Positions 52,401-64,000 of a stretch of 64,000 nucleotides of DNA are shown piece by piece. How positions within the stretch are numbered: the stretch's first letter is position 1; each line of letters opens with the position of its first letter. The position numbers were made by a program, and so were the translations under genes. A model generated the notes under the pieces. It was not told the DNA's origin, searched no databases, and saw only the letters and a program-made list of their open reading frames with translations. Source of the DNA: Takakia lepidozioides (Eukaryota; Plantae; Bryophyta); NCBI GenBank assembly GCA_030704615.1, contig CM060731.1:72540001-72604000 (forward strand), given 5' to 3'.

Positions 52401-55210
52401 TAATCAGCGATGGAAGTCCTCTGATCATTGGTCAGTCTGCACAAAGCAAAGCGTAGGAGATGCTTTTGAGCTAAAACATGTTCCTCTGACGACATCTTGT
52501 ATTTATGTAGTCCAGACATTGTACCACTTATATCTTGCCAGAAGGTTGTGGTACATATCCTGAAACTTTCTGCACTTAACAATCATGGTTCCCTCCCATG
52601 AAGTTTTCTTCACAAATTTGAGTATATAGTAGAGTTGCTGATATGACCACAGTTTCTAGACCTGTTCAGAGAATGGGGTGGGGTCCACCCAAAGCAAGCT
52701 CCCCACCGACAGCCCAGCATTTCAGTCACAGAGATAACCCATTAAGGGGAGAGTAGGACTGTACTAAGAGGACCCTGCTCACCAACAAGTCTATGAGAAA
52801 TTCATCCGCATAGCTATGCATCATGTGCAGCCCTGACCACAAATGACAGCCAAGACAAAGGTGACTAGAAGAAGTTGAGTAGACACCTGCGCGCTCTTGG
52901 ATCACAAACCCAACAATGGACACCTCGTCGACCACTGTAAACCCATAGTATGTGCTCAAATCCAAAGTCCTCTGCAATAACGAATGAACAAAAGCATATT
53001 GAAGCCATTCCTCATATATGCAGCCATGAGAAGCTTAGTTGCAGCTTTAAGACACAAGGGCTTAAGGAGAAGTGTTCTATTTGGAACCTCCAGAGGGCTA
53101 GGAACAAGTTTCACAGTGAAACTTTTAATCACATGCATGCTTCAGCACAATTACAAGCTCAACCAGATTCATCCCTTATGGGAACCTCCAAAAAATCTGT
53201 TTAGGGGGAAAAGGGCCGTCCTCGTCGAAAAGTATTGATTGGATAACATCATCAGCTACAACAGCATGCAAATAGCGTGTACCTGCATATACATGTACGT
53301 TCAATGAAAGAGTGACAAGACAATGAGCCAGGGCTCAATCAAACACCACGATCTATTATAAGACCTTGTGGGATCTCGACGAAGTAAAATAAGAGGGGAA
53401 AAAGGATTAGACCTCTGAGAGCAGTATCCATAACTTTGATGGCAATTGTCATGAGAGGCCAGCATTGCAGACATATATCTGCCCCGCTGCAACAATGGCG
53501 AATGTCGTCATAGTCTGTCATATCCTGCCAGAACTACAACCCCTTCAGTACAGCTTAAGACAGCATGCCCTCTCAGACACGCAGCTTCATTCTTCTGCTT
53601 TAGGTAATCCCCCCTGAATGCCAAAGCCGATGTCCTGAATTTCTGCTTTAACTTTTTCTATTCTATTTTGTCCCACGGGCTCCGTCTCTCTCTAGGCAAC
53701 AGTTTCAGACCTCTCATATGCTTTTTTTTGTTGATATACTTCTGTCACATGCACATAGAACTGTCAGGTAAGGGCCAGAAACTCACAATGTCAAAAACAA
53801 GCTCCCTCTCCACAGGAGAGAAGACTCGATCTGCCCCCAGGCTTGAATATGCTGTCCTCTTAGCAGGCTGCAGCACCACCACTGTCAATCAGTATGCAAC
53901 CATAAACTGAGATGTAGTGAGGAGACAAGTTATCATCCTCACTGCTCCATGCCTGTAACGCAGACTTAAAAACCCAAGTTTCAAATGCAAACCTTCAATG
54001 CAAATTCACACCAGGAAACCTTATGAGAAGAACTCGTCGCGCCCTCGCTTGACAGGAACGTGTGTGCATCGTCACCAAACAAATGACTTCATTTTCCTCT
54101 GGCTGTCGGTCTTGTAAAAGTAATTCACTCCAGGAAAAACAGCTAAGTATTTGCTGACAGGTGCAGAAATTCAATAAAAAAAATCAGGTAATCTTAAGTG
54201 GACTGCTATGTTCGTGGTTTCCCACAACTGATGTAGCTACTGCTCGGTGATGGCTCCCCATATACTACAGATTTGATGTAAGAATCTTACATCAACATTG
54301 TAAACAGCCCCTATGTCAATCTTGTGAGGGCACTTGTCCCTTATGGCCACCTCCATCTCAGCAGCATCGTGGAAGGACAAGTAACGCACATAGATGTCAT
54401 GCTCCAAGGTGAACGAGAACTCCCTCCTCCCGAAAAAGGATGAGTCGCACCCTGGATGCTTTCCATCTGCAGACCACACATGCAAAATTGCAGCCCCTTC
54501 TCTCCTGAGGACGAGCCATCTCAAATCATTGCTTCAAGAGTAAACGGCTGCTAAAAGTCACAGCTCGTAGAAACTTTACAAAGTCCAGGGAATGCTCAAA
54601 GAGCTTATACAAAAGAAAGCAGGAAGAAACAATGTTGGACTCTGAACAAGGAGCCCAAACACAGCTACTCTAAGGTGGTAAACAAACAAACAAAGATGAC
54701 GAACTCCCGAGTCAATGACAAAGACCACATTATTTGGGAATTACCTTGTCCATATGACAACCACTTGTGCATCTCTGCGTATGGAAACAGCCTTCCTGGT
54801 AGCACATCAAACGTGAGCTCAATCTACGGGCCTGGAATGCGAAGGTACGAAAATAGGTGAATCGCATCAACATGAACAATAGGGTCTGAATGAAGTGGCA
54901 AAGAGACCTAGCTCAAAATGGCATACCGGGCAGATCAGACGCATTGTGCGTGTACACGCGATGAATTCATGAGGAGTCGAGCGATGGGATTATGCTGATA
55001 GACCAGACAAACCAATATGGGAGAAGACATAACTAGGTCCTGCAATTCACACTGTGAGGCCCTCCAAGACTTACCATAATAAAGCCGCAGATAGTCAGGG
55101 CTAAATCCTTCACACAGCTGGCGGGTCTCTGCAGTCTCTTTATTCGCATCATCGTTCTCGTCAAACTCCGTGCGGTCCTCATCCATGGGCTCCGGGGGTT
55201 GTTCTCCCAT
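49408..55210 (-). CDS. PRI1: DNA primase small (catalytic) subunit, multi-exon
   Basis: [74 protein letters not shown]. Confidence 0.93.
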
Positions 55211-55477
55211 GGTCCTCGATTCAACTGAACAGAAAAGACTCTAGAGATGAGGAAAATGAAGGTACATTTCAGCTACCGTCCACTCCCTAACAGACTGCTG
55301 AACAATGTTGTGTACTCTGCGGCTCACAGCAAACGGAAGACTACAATTAGAGACATTCTCAAAATCCTCCTCTGAGCTCTAGTGTAACGCCATGTACCCC
55401 TTTCTCACAAGCAGACGAAGAAGAAAGGAAGAGCGTGAAGAGAGGATGAAAAAAGCGGGAAAGGATTGTATTGGCTG

Positions 55478-56070
55478 CACAGGCTTCCTTATGGATGCGC
55501 TCAGTTTATCATCCGTAAGGACACATCCATTCCGTTTTCATCCCTGTGCATTCGATGGACGTCGTCCATCTCCTCGTTACTCTCAATGGATGTATGAACC
55601 CAAGTACTTGGATGTATAATAAAGCTTTGCCTTCAGTAGATGAATGTATGTAGATGGATGAAAAGTGATCATCCACCGATCTTGCAGTTGGAAGAAGTTG
55701 GTGCTGTACAACGAAGACGATGTGCGTCGTCCTTCTTCTTCGTTTTACGCGCTTACGAACACAGGCTTCCTTATGGATGAGCTCAGTTAATCATCCGTTA
55801 GGACACATCCATTCAGTTTTCATCCCTGTGAATCGATGGACGTCATCCATCTCCTCGTAGTCCATAGGACTCTCAATGGATGTATGAACCCAAGTGTTTG
55901 GATGTATAGATAAAATTTTGCCCGTACTAGATGAGTGTATCTGGATAGATGAAATAGTGATCATCCACCGATCTTGCAGTTGGAAGAAGTTGGTCTCTAT
56001 ACAACGAAGACGATGTGCGTCGTCCTTCTTCTTCGTTTTCGTCTTCGTCCTTCTTCTTCGCGTTTACGAA
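55478..56070. repeat. Two ~285-bp tandem copies of a CATCC/GGATG-rich MITE-like unit
   Basis: CACAGGCTTCCTTATGGATG starts at 55478 and again at 55760. Confidence 0.85.
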
Positions 56071-56807
56071 AGCAGCTGATTGCGGTGCCACGTGAGGGTT
56101 CAGCTGATTCACGGAGGTCGGCCAGATCCTGTGACATGGCCGAACAGCGATGCCATTTGCGGTTTTGCAATGGTTTTGCCACAATTTGTATGCTGCACTC
56201 TCTTGCGAAAAGCTTAGGCTAAAGCAGAGCGGTTAGCTTAAACATAGCGGTTGGATCTGGCTAAACCTATTGTGGCATATTGCATCCGCGCTACTGCCTT
56301 TTGTGAACACTACTGGTAAGAGATGTGGATATGGAAGCGATGCGTTTTATAGCGTTCTGGATTTGCAACAATCGGTGCATGAAATCGTGACCAGGAGAGA
56401 ATAAGTGAAGCGTGTCAGTGGATTCGAAGGTCGAAGAGGACAGAGAGACGCCATGGCCATATAGACTGAGTAAGAAAGAGAATTATGTGGTGTAGATTGC
56501 AATAGCAGTGTGACTGCCCTTTGATTGAATGGAGTAAGAGCAGAGATGAGCAAACGTGGAATTGGTGGAAGCGCGTGGCAACTGAGAGCTTTACAACCTC
56601 AGTGCACATAAGGGATCTCGCGCTCCGGTTTCTTTCAACTTTACACTGAGTTGAAAGACTTGTGGATTTGAGCATCTGCTTTGATATAGTGTTATATTTC
56701 GGTGAAAATAATGTCAGAAGTTCACAGCTTAGACGATGGCATTATATCACCGTATCTTATATTGTTCGCGATCTAACCAGTGTTTTCTGAGTGTAGAAGG
56801 TATTATC

Positions 56808-59800
56808 ATGTCGCACAACCAATCTCAGGAGATCGAGGAGCCACAACACTATATCAAGTTGGAAATTAAAAAAATTGAAGCGGTTAATGGATTGGACCAG
56901 CTAGTGGCCCAGAAACAGGTCAAAGCTGACAGAGCTGCTTTTGTCAAGCAAAAGTAAGGTTTTCCCTATCGATTTATTTGTGGTATTTAATATCTTACTA
57001 ACGGAATAAGACGTCCATTAAGATGGAGTGGAATTTTGTAGTTGTCATGACAGTAAATTGCTGCTCGAGACACGTCAACCTGCACTCAATTTATCCCTTG
57101 GACTTACATGGAACAGCATCATTTGCTTTAGAAATGTCAGGTGGAGAAATGCTGAAGACATTATGTTCAATGTTCGATCTAGAAACACCCGGTTGTACAG
57201 GAAGGTTCACAGAGAGTCACAGAGATGACCTAACTTGAGCTGCTCATGCTTCAAAAAACCTTAAAAATCCCCAATTGCCCATTCTGGCATTCATAATATA
57301 CCCACCAGGTTTGCATCGGGAATTTTTCACCGCTCTTCAATTTCCAGTGGTTCCAAATGTTAAGATGACTCTCTTTGTACAATGCATTCTCTCAATGTCA
57401 AACCTGACAGCTCAGGCTTGCTTGAGAGGTTACTTGATCAGTAGGTTTACACGGTTCATAGTTAATTCTAGACCATGACCAGGAGCTCTTCGGTTCAGAT
57501 TTGAAGACCTGCGAGCTACCCTTGCTTCGAAGCTTGCTAGTGAAAGGAGGCTTATTGGTGAGACAGAGGATTTGGCAGATAAAATTAAGGTTCACACATG
57601 CACCTTCGGACCTGATCTAGTTGATGGAATGAGAAATAGGAACTCCCATCGTTGTGGAGGACGGTCTAAAGTGTTATGGACAAAAGATTGGATCCATGTT
57701 TACATTAACCAGGACTTGCTGCTTTGTGCCGCATGGACTGTATGTAGATGGGTGCTGGTGGAGAGTGATCTGCTGTGTGTGAGCTGGTTTGCAGAATGGC
57801 AAAGAGGATCTAAAGAGGTTGGTGAAGGAGGCAGCCGCAGATGAGGAAGCATTGGAGTTGGTCAAGGAGGATGCTGAGCAGGCTGACGGTGAAGCCACTC
57901 TTGCAAGGCAACCACCCTCCTTGACTTCCATGACTGTTTTATTATATTTTACGGTCTCTAGAACGCAATTCTGCCGATTTCCCGTAATGTTGATTCTTGA
58001 TTGAAGCAGTCTTTTCCTGGTTAAGGATGTAGCTTGTCTTCATCAATCAGTGTGCCACACATGATTAGTGTAGCAATTACACGGCCAAATGGATTTAAGT
58101 GAAGTTTTGCTGGGTTTTTATACACCAAAGTCGCACAGTCTAATTTTACCTTATTCTGGATTCAGCAGTGCAGAATTTATAGCCACAATTGAGAAGCTCT
58201 ATTGGTCATTCATTTGCAATACTTATCACCACTATTGTCAACTACCTGTTATGAACCTGCCCCTGCAAGTTATAGTTGCTTGAATAGAAGGTCTTAGTAG
58301 ATTTTGTTTCTTTTCCTGTTGGATCCAAGAAGCAGTACAGTGGTCTCTTTGTTTCCAACAGAGTCAAGACTCTTTCAAACTTCATATAGCTCTGCTTTCT
58401 TGGCATCTGATCAGCTATAGTTGCAGTATGTGATCACACCATGTTTATCTTTGTTAATGCAGGGAGAGGGAGCAGAATCTCCTACTGGAATCTGGTGAGC
58501 TGGTTCGGATACGGGATGAATACAATAAAAAGATCGAGGAAATTGAACATGACCATTTCAATGCAGTTGCTCCGATCATTGCACGCATGGGAGTTAGTCT
58601 CTTTCTTTCTCTTGTCCCATAAGTTCTTTGAGCTTTTTGCGGACTTACAAAGTACCATTTTACTTCTCTAGCACTCTTGAGCTCCCCTTGGACACTATGA
58701 AGTTTCTGTCTTTCTTTAAGTACCATTTCATTTCATTTCATTTCATTTCTTTCTTTGCAATAGAACCTTTCAGCCAAATTACCTGTCTGCAGCTCTTATC
58801 TCCCTCTCTTCCAAGGGCATTCGGGAGGTTCAGGGTTGGCTCCCACAGTCTGCGGATAGAGACTGGTAGGTGGGACAACCTGCAACATGAAGACTGCCTT
58901 TGCCCCGCCTGCATCGATGTGCAGAACAATTCTTCTTTCTGCAGCACCCAATCTCTCACAGAGGTCTTTCACTACGAGGATCAGAAATGCTTGGCCTTGA
59001 GCAATAGTTGCTTCTGGGCTGCTTGGGGAGGGTCCCTCTGTCTTTCTTGTTTCTTTCTTTCTCTCGACCAACTATCGTACTATCATGGTGTCCTCGTTAC
59101 TTGCTAAACTGTTTGGGGCAGTAGTGGCCATGGAACTGGATGATTGGGCTGAGTCCTCTCGCATTCGTGCTGAGGGACAGGCTGGTTTCCGTCGCAACAG
59201 ATCCACTATTGACCACATCTTCACTCTTCAGGTTATGGTGGAAAGTGCACGCTATGACAAAAGAATGGTCTATGTTTGCTTCGTGGACTTTCACAAAGCC
59301 TTTGATTCAGTTCCTCGGGACCTTCTCCTCCAACGGCTCCATAGAGTGGAAGTCCCTCCAGACATCCTTTGTGCCATCTCTTCTATGTATGAGATTGTCA
59401 CTGGCATGGTCAATGTCGCTGGCGAATTTTCAGCCGAGGTCCACAGCAACATTGGAGTCAAACAGGGCTGCCCCCTTTCACCTACCCTTTTCGGGATCTA
59501 CATTGACGCCTTGGAGAATTACATATAAAAAAACCATGGGGTTGGGGTACCATTGGATGGGGGACCAACACAATCAGATCTCCTCTACGCTGATGATGTT
59601 GCCCTTTTGGCACAATCCCCGGTCTTCCTGCAACGCCATCTCAAAATTTTGGAACAGTTCTGCATAGACTATGGGATGCAAGTCAATCTTAGCAAGACCA
59701 AGATCATGGTCTTCAATGGCCAGGCTGATCGTAGATTCATCTTCAACCAGCAGGAAATTGAGATTGTGAAATCATACCGGTACCTGGGTCTGGGTATCCA

Positions 59801-62800
59801 CTCCCCCAAGTTTCACTTTGCAGCCACTGCCCTGGACAGATTGACTAAAGGTAAGGCGGCCTCTGTCCGCCTTCAGGCCAAATGCAAGCAAATACATCTG
59901 CGTCATCCCCCAACCAAAAAGTGGCTGTTTGACACCGTCGTCAGCCCTGCTACCATCTATGGTTGTGAGTTCTGGGCACCTGGTGTCCCTGTCTCCTGGT
60001 GGGAAAAGAATCTGGAACCATTACAGTCATCTTTTCTCCAAGCTATGCATGGTGCCAGGAGCACAACTCCATCTCAGATCCTAGGTGCAGAGTTCGCATG
60101 TGTACCATTGCAATCCGAGGCCCTCTTCCGGCTTACAATCTTTCTCCATAGATTACAGGCCCTTCCACTCAAGGGGCTCGTGGCAAGGGCCCTCACAACA
60201 TCTATGAGGCTCAAAGCTGCAGGTTTCAGGAACTCCTGGTATGCTCGAGTGGACAGTTTATTTCAATGCAACGGACTCTCTACTGCTTTCCTATTACCAA
60301 TGAATCCAGATGAGGTGGACATCACATCCAGACATGATCGCAACAGACTCATTAGGAGAGAGCTTATGGAATTACATGTCAAGAGAACTTGGAAGCTACC
60401 CAATCTCACGACAAAGCTCCTCTTCTATCGAGAGACATTCTTGGTGCTCCGCGATGATAGAATCTTGAGACCAAATTACCTTTCAGCATCCTTATCTCCT
60501 TTCCTCCTGAGGGCATTGGGGCGGTTCAGGGTGGGTTCCCACAACCTACGGATAGAGACTGGCAGATGGGAAAACCTGCAACGGGAGGACCGCCTATGTC
60601 CAGCTTGCATAGGGCGCAGCCAGGAAATTGAAACTGAAGAACACTTCTTCTTCTACTGCCCTCTATACTACGAGATCCGTGGGAGATTCCACTGTTTATT
60701 CAGTGGAACCCAAACTCTCACTGATGTCTTCCACTATGAGGATCACAAATGCTTGGCAGCCTACCTGCACGAGGCCTTCACCCTTAGACAATCGCTAGAA
60801 CATTAATTGTTATTCTTGGTTTCTGGATTTGTTCCTCTCTCATGTTTTCTTTCATTTTGTCCCATAAGCTCTATGAGCTTTCCGTGGACGTTATAAAGCA
60901 CCATTTCATTTCATTTCTCTTTTCCCATAAGCTCTTTGAGCTTTCCGTGGATGTTATAAAGTGCCATATTTCTTTGGTGAGTCAACTGGGCACCAATTCC
61001 CTGACTTAGCAACAAGAGATGAACAGCCCTTCTGCTAGCCATTCCCAAGAGGCTTACCTCCTTACACGTAGTAACCCATGTCTAAGCATTTGAGATAGAG
61101 AAGAATGGAGAGCCGAGCTACTATGATTAGTGGAAGATACTGATGTCTTTGGCGATTTTCCGTCCTTAGTACTGGTCAGTCTAGGGACCCCTAGCGCTCA
61201 GCAGCTACTGCATGAGGCACTCAGTCTACGAGTAACACTTGGGGTTTGATATGCTCTCTCCTGATTTCCACACATTCTGCACTAAGATTAGTTGGCCATT
61301 AAGCAACATGCTCTTCAAGGTGCTTCATTGGAAGGAGTCCGGTCTGATAAGTGTGGGTGAACATTGCAGATTGAAATTAAGAATGCAGGGGAAGAAATGG
61401 TGGAGAATGCTGCCAAAGTACAGACGTGTACCAAGGAGGTGCGCTCACTCATGTAAATCCTGGGCAGCCCAACACATGCTTTGAAATCAAAGTCTGTTAG
61501 TAATGAAACCAGCTTCGCCAGGCAGATGGTTACATAGGTTGAAAAAATGTATTTGTGCGACATTCCCACTACAATGTCTTTATTGAACTGAAACAAAATC
61601 CATATAAGAGGGTCTCAAAAGTGATTGTGACTTTGTCATACATCACTATGCATTCAAAGTCATCTCTGCTGGAATATATGCAGTTAACAACCATAATTCC
61701 AACTTTGATGGCCTTCATCATATTTTGTTTCTGCTAAGGACAATTCTATTTGCTAGGCCTGCTCCACACTTTGATATTGAAGGAGCCAAGAGGTGTATGC
61801 AGATAGAGGAGAGAAAAACATGGCAATCTCAGTGCGCAGAAGATATCCTTAAGCTTGTAAATGGGAAGAGAGACACAGATGCGACTCTGGCGGGCCTCGA
61901 TGGGGTCCCTGAGAAGTATCGCAAACAGGTCCAGAGCTACATCCGCGTCGTCCCCATTCCTCTTTGCCTGAGTTGTTTTGAAAATTCTGCTGTGCTTATT
62001 TGCTTTTGCTATCAATGTACAATATTATAATTAGGGAATTAATGAGTCAAGGTGCAGACTGCGGCATCTAGTGCAGATGGTGTAGAAGTGGTGATTCAAC
62101 GATCAATCCCTTCATGATCCTAGCTGGCCCAATTTTCTTGTTGGCCTTTCACTCAGTCCATGCTCTCATCTTGGCAGGCACCCTAGTATGGGCAATTTGT
62201 TCCTTGGATTTTGGACATGGCTCATTTTTCTCTTAGCTGCGAAAGATAATTTCCCTCAATGTTTCTGCGGATCAAATTTCCAACGTTGACACTGAAACAT
62301 CCTCTTAACTGTTAAGCTTGTCAATTCAATGTGGGTGAACACATAGTTCGTATACGTGTTAGAATGGTTGCTCAGCTTCCTTAGAGGATACTGGATTATA
62401 GTCAACTGCTTGAGTTGATCATACACCAGGGCTGTGTTCACATGGATAAGATAAGTTGATTAAATAGAGAGGAAAATTTTACCAACACATCCTAGGTTTG
62501 GCAAGCATCAGCCTCACATATGTAGCTGATGCACATTTTTGAGCAATTCCTATCCTGGTTTCCATCTCAAAGCCCTTGCACCGCTCCTGAGCACTTGCCT
62601 CCTTGAGAAGCTGTTCTAACAGAAATATCGGTCAGTGTTCCAATCGCTGCAGGGCTCATGAATCCAATGTTTGAATCATATACTAGGGTAGCCTGTGCCG
62701 TGGGCCCAAGTGTCCAGTGTCATCTAAGTCCAAGTGCAATCCCCTATTCCAGGAAAGCCCACTTTGCTATTTTTCACGAATTTCCAGCGACCAAAAGTAC

Positions 62801-64000
62801 TTGAAATTCCATATCTCCCACACCGCAGGTCCAAAAATTATGAGACCAAGTTGGTGCACCCCTCCTCATCGAGGGCTTTCCACGATACCAAGTACCAGGG
62901 CTGGGGCCCCGCGGTTTGGGAGATCTCAACGCTACAAAACAAAACAAAACAAAACAAACAAACAAACAAACAAACTACCTTGCTTCATATATTGATATCC
63001 ACCCTACCCTGCTGTTCTTTGTCTTCTTTCTTTCATCTATTATTCTCCTCCTCAATGCAGGCTGCTGCAACAAATCCCAAGAACCACAACCTGTCCCTCT
63101 GTGGTGGCTAGCATGTCATCATATTCTGATTCCAGCTCCTATTCTAAAAGATTAGGTATGAAAACAGTCCTTGATATCTGTGATATGTGAATGTCAGGAA
63201 TGGAACTAATTTAGTGGTGATGTAACCACATTGCAGTGTGATATACTGGTCAATGCGGTGCAATCTCTTCGAATACAAGAGGGGAAGTGGGTGGGCAAGG
63301 TAACACCTTGGGCCAAGTCTTTGGGAGGCAAATGGTTGGGATATAAAATCTGTTCTGGCAAAAAGTTTTGTAAAGTGTCTCCTTGATTGTGATTCTTTCT
63401 TTCTTTGCTGTTCTTTCAGTACATTCCAATACAGATAAGACTGCGCATCAATTTTGAGATGCTGGGTTATGTGTCCCTCTAGGTCAAGGAAGTTGAGGCA
63501 GCTATTCAGAGTTTCCATGTCACAAAGAGAGAGAAGACTGAGGAGCATGCTAGGGGTGCCATCGACATTGACAAAATGAAACTACTTGCGGAGCAGCAGG
63601 TAAGAATATCGTTTTGGAAGTATATTTGTAAGTTCTTTGATGAACATTTGTGAACCTTTGGTGTAAAAGGTTATCAGTGTACACAATATAGTACATTGTT
63701 AGATGAGATGTAAGCAGCAAATCATCTGAGGGTGAATCATCAATACTACTTGCCTGTGTGAGCTAGTATGATAGCATGCAAAGAAATTCACAGCTCAGGA
63801 GCTTGTTATGTGTGGTGTTTCAGAACTAACAGTACGTGGAGTCAAATTGTGAGACACAACTATAGAGAAAATTGATACTGTTCAGTGGACTTTCCTGTAT
63901 CTGTATGGTGTGGAAGATGTTCAGACAAGGTGGGAAACCAACAGTTGGAGGCTATTGTGGGCAGTCCAGGCAATGGCACCGAAAATGTATCGGGGCTCAA
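56808..64000 (+). CDS. Unidentified multi-exon coiled-coil protein (probably continues beyond the window)
   Basis: Helical E/K/R-rich exons bounded by AG/GT at ~56808-56953, 57483-57589, 57796-57888, 58463-58592, 61370-61438, 61757-61928 and ~63554-63599; no domain recognised. Confidence 0.55.
58600..59050 (+). mobile_element. Older 3' fragments of the same LINE family
   Basis: 3'UTR with (CATTT)n at 58610-58748; 58774-59000 duplicates 60470-60760 with deletions. Confidence 0.85.
59060..60970 (+). mobile_element. 5'-truncated non-LTR retrotransposon (RTE/RTEX-like LINE)
   Basis: QAGFR, FVDFHKAFDSV, GVKQGCPLSPTLF, LLYADD, YRYLG, C-terminal CPAC..H..C; one in-frame stop at 59526; (CATTT)n tail. 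Confidence 0.92.
62683..62995 (-). mobile_element. Non-autonomous Helitron (~313 bp)
   Basis: Minus strand starts A|TC and ends CTAG|T, with an imperfect GC-rich palindrome just upstream of CTAG. Confidence 0.7.

Noticed and set aside
56808-58600. Peptide chain release factor 1
   Set aside because: Only a superficial helical resemblance; no GGQ or other release-factor motifs

Overview
Eukaryotic genomic DNA, most consistent with a moss/bryophyte (inferred from the gene and TE types). Positions 1-26,100 are a nested transposon island. It contains a decayed Ty3/Gypsy chromovirus, a truncated pogo-type DDE_1 element, CACTA-like ends and two related large Mutator-like elements (MULEs). The better-preserved MULE can be rebuilt from ~350-bp TIRs and a 9-bp TSD (GAGGAAAAC). 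Its left end and the N-terminal half of its transposase have been flipped by an inversion. It carries a convergent Ulp1/SENP-type SUMO-protease-like gene, further unknown ORFs (one a Cys/His zinc-finger-like family found in both elements) and dense AGAC(C) motif arrays. This architecture resembles the Arabidopsis VANDAL/KAONASHI MULEs and is the best candidate for an undescribed system. Positions 26,700-64,000 are gene-rich: a CCCH-PUF (Pumilio) gene, Peter Pan/Brix, a membrane steroid-binding protein, the DNA primase small subunit and an unidentified coiled-coil gene. These are interspersed with a Copia element (both LTRs and TSD), LINE pieces and a small Helitron. All calls were made by eye; no database searches were run.
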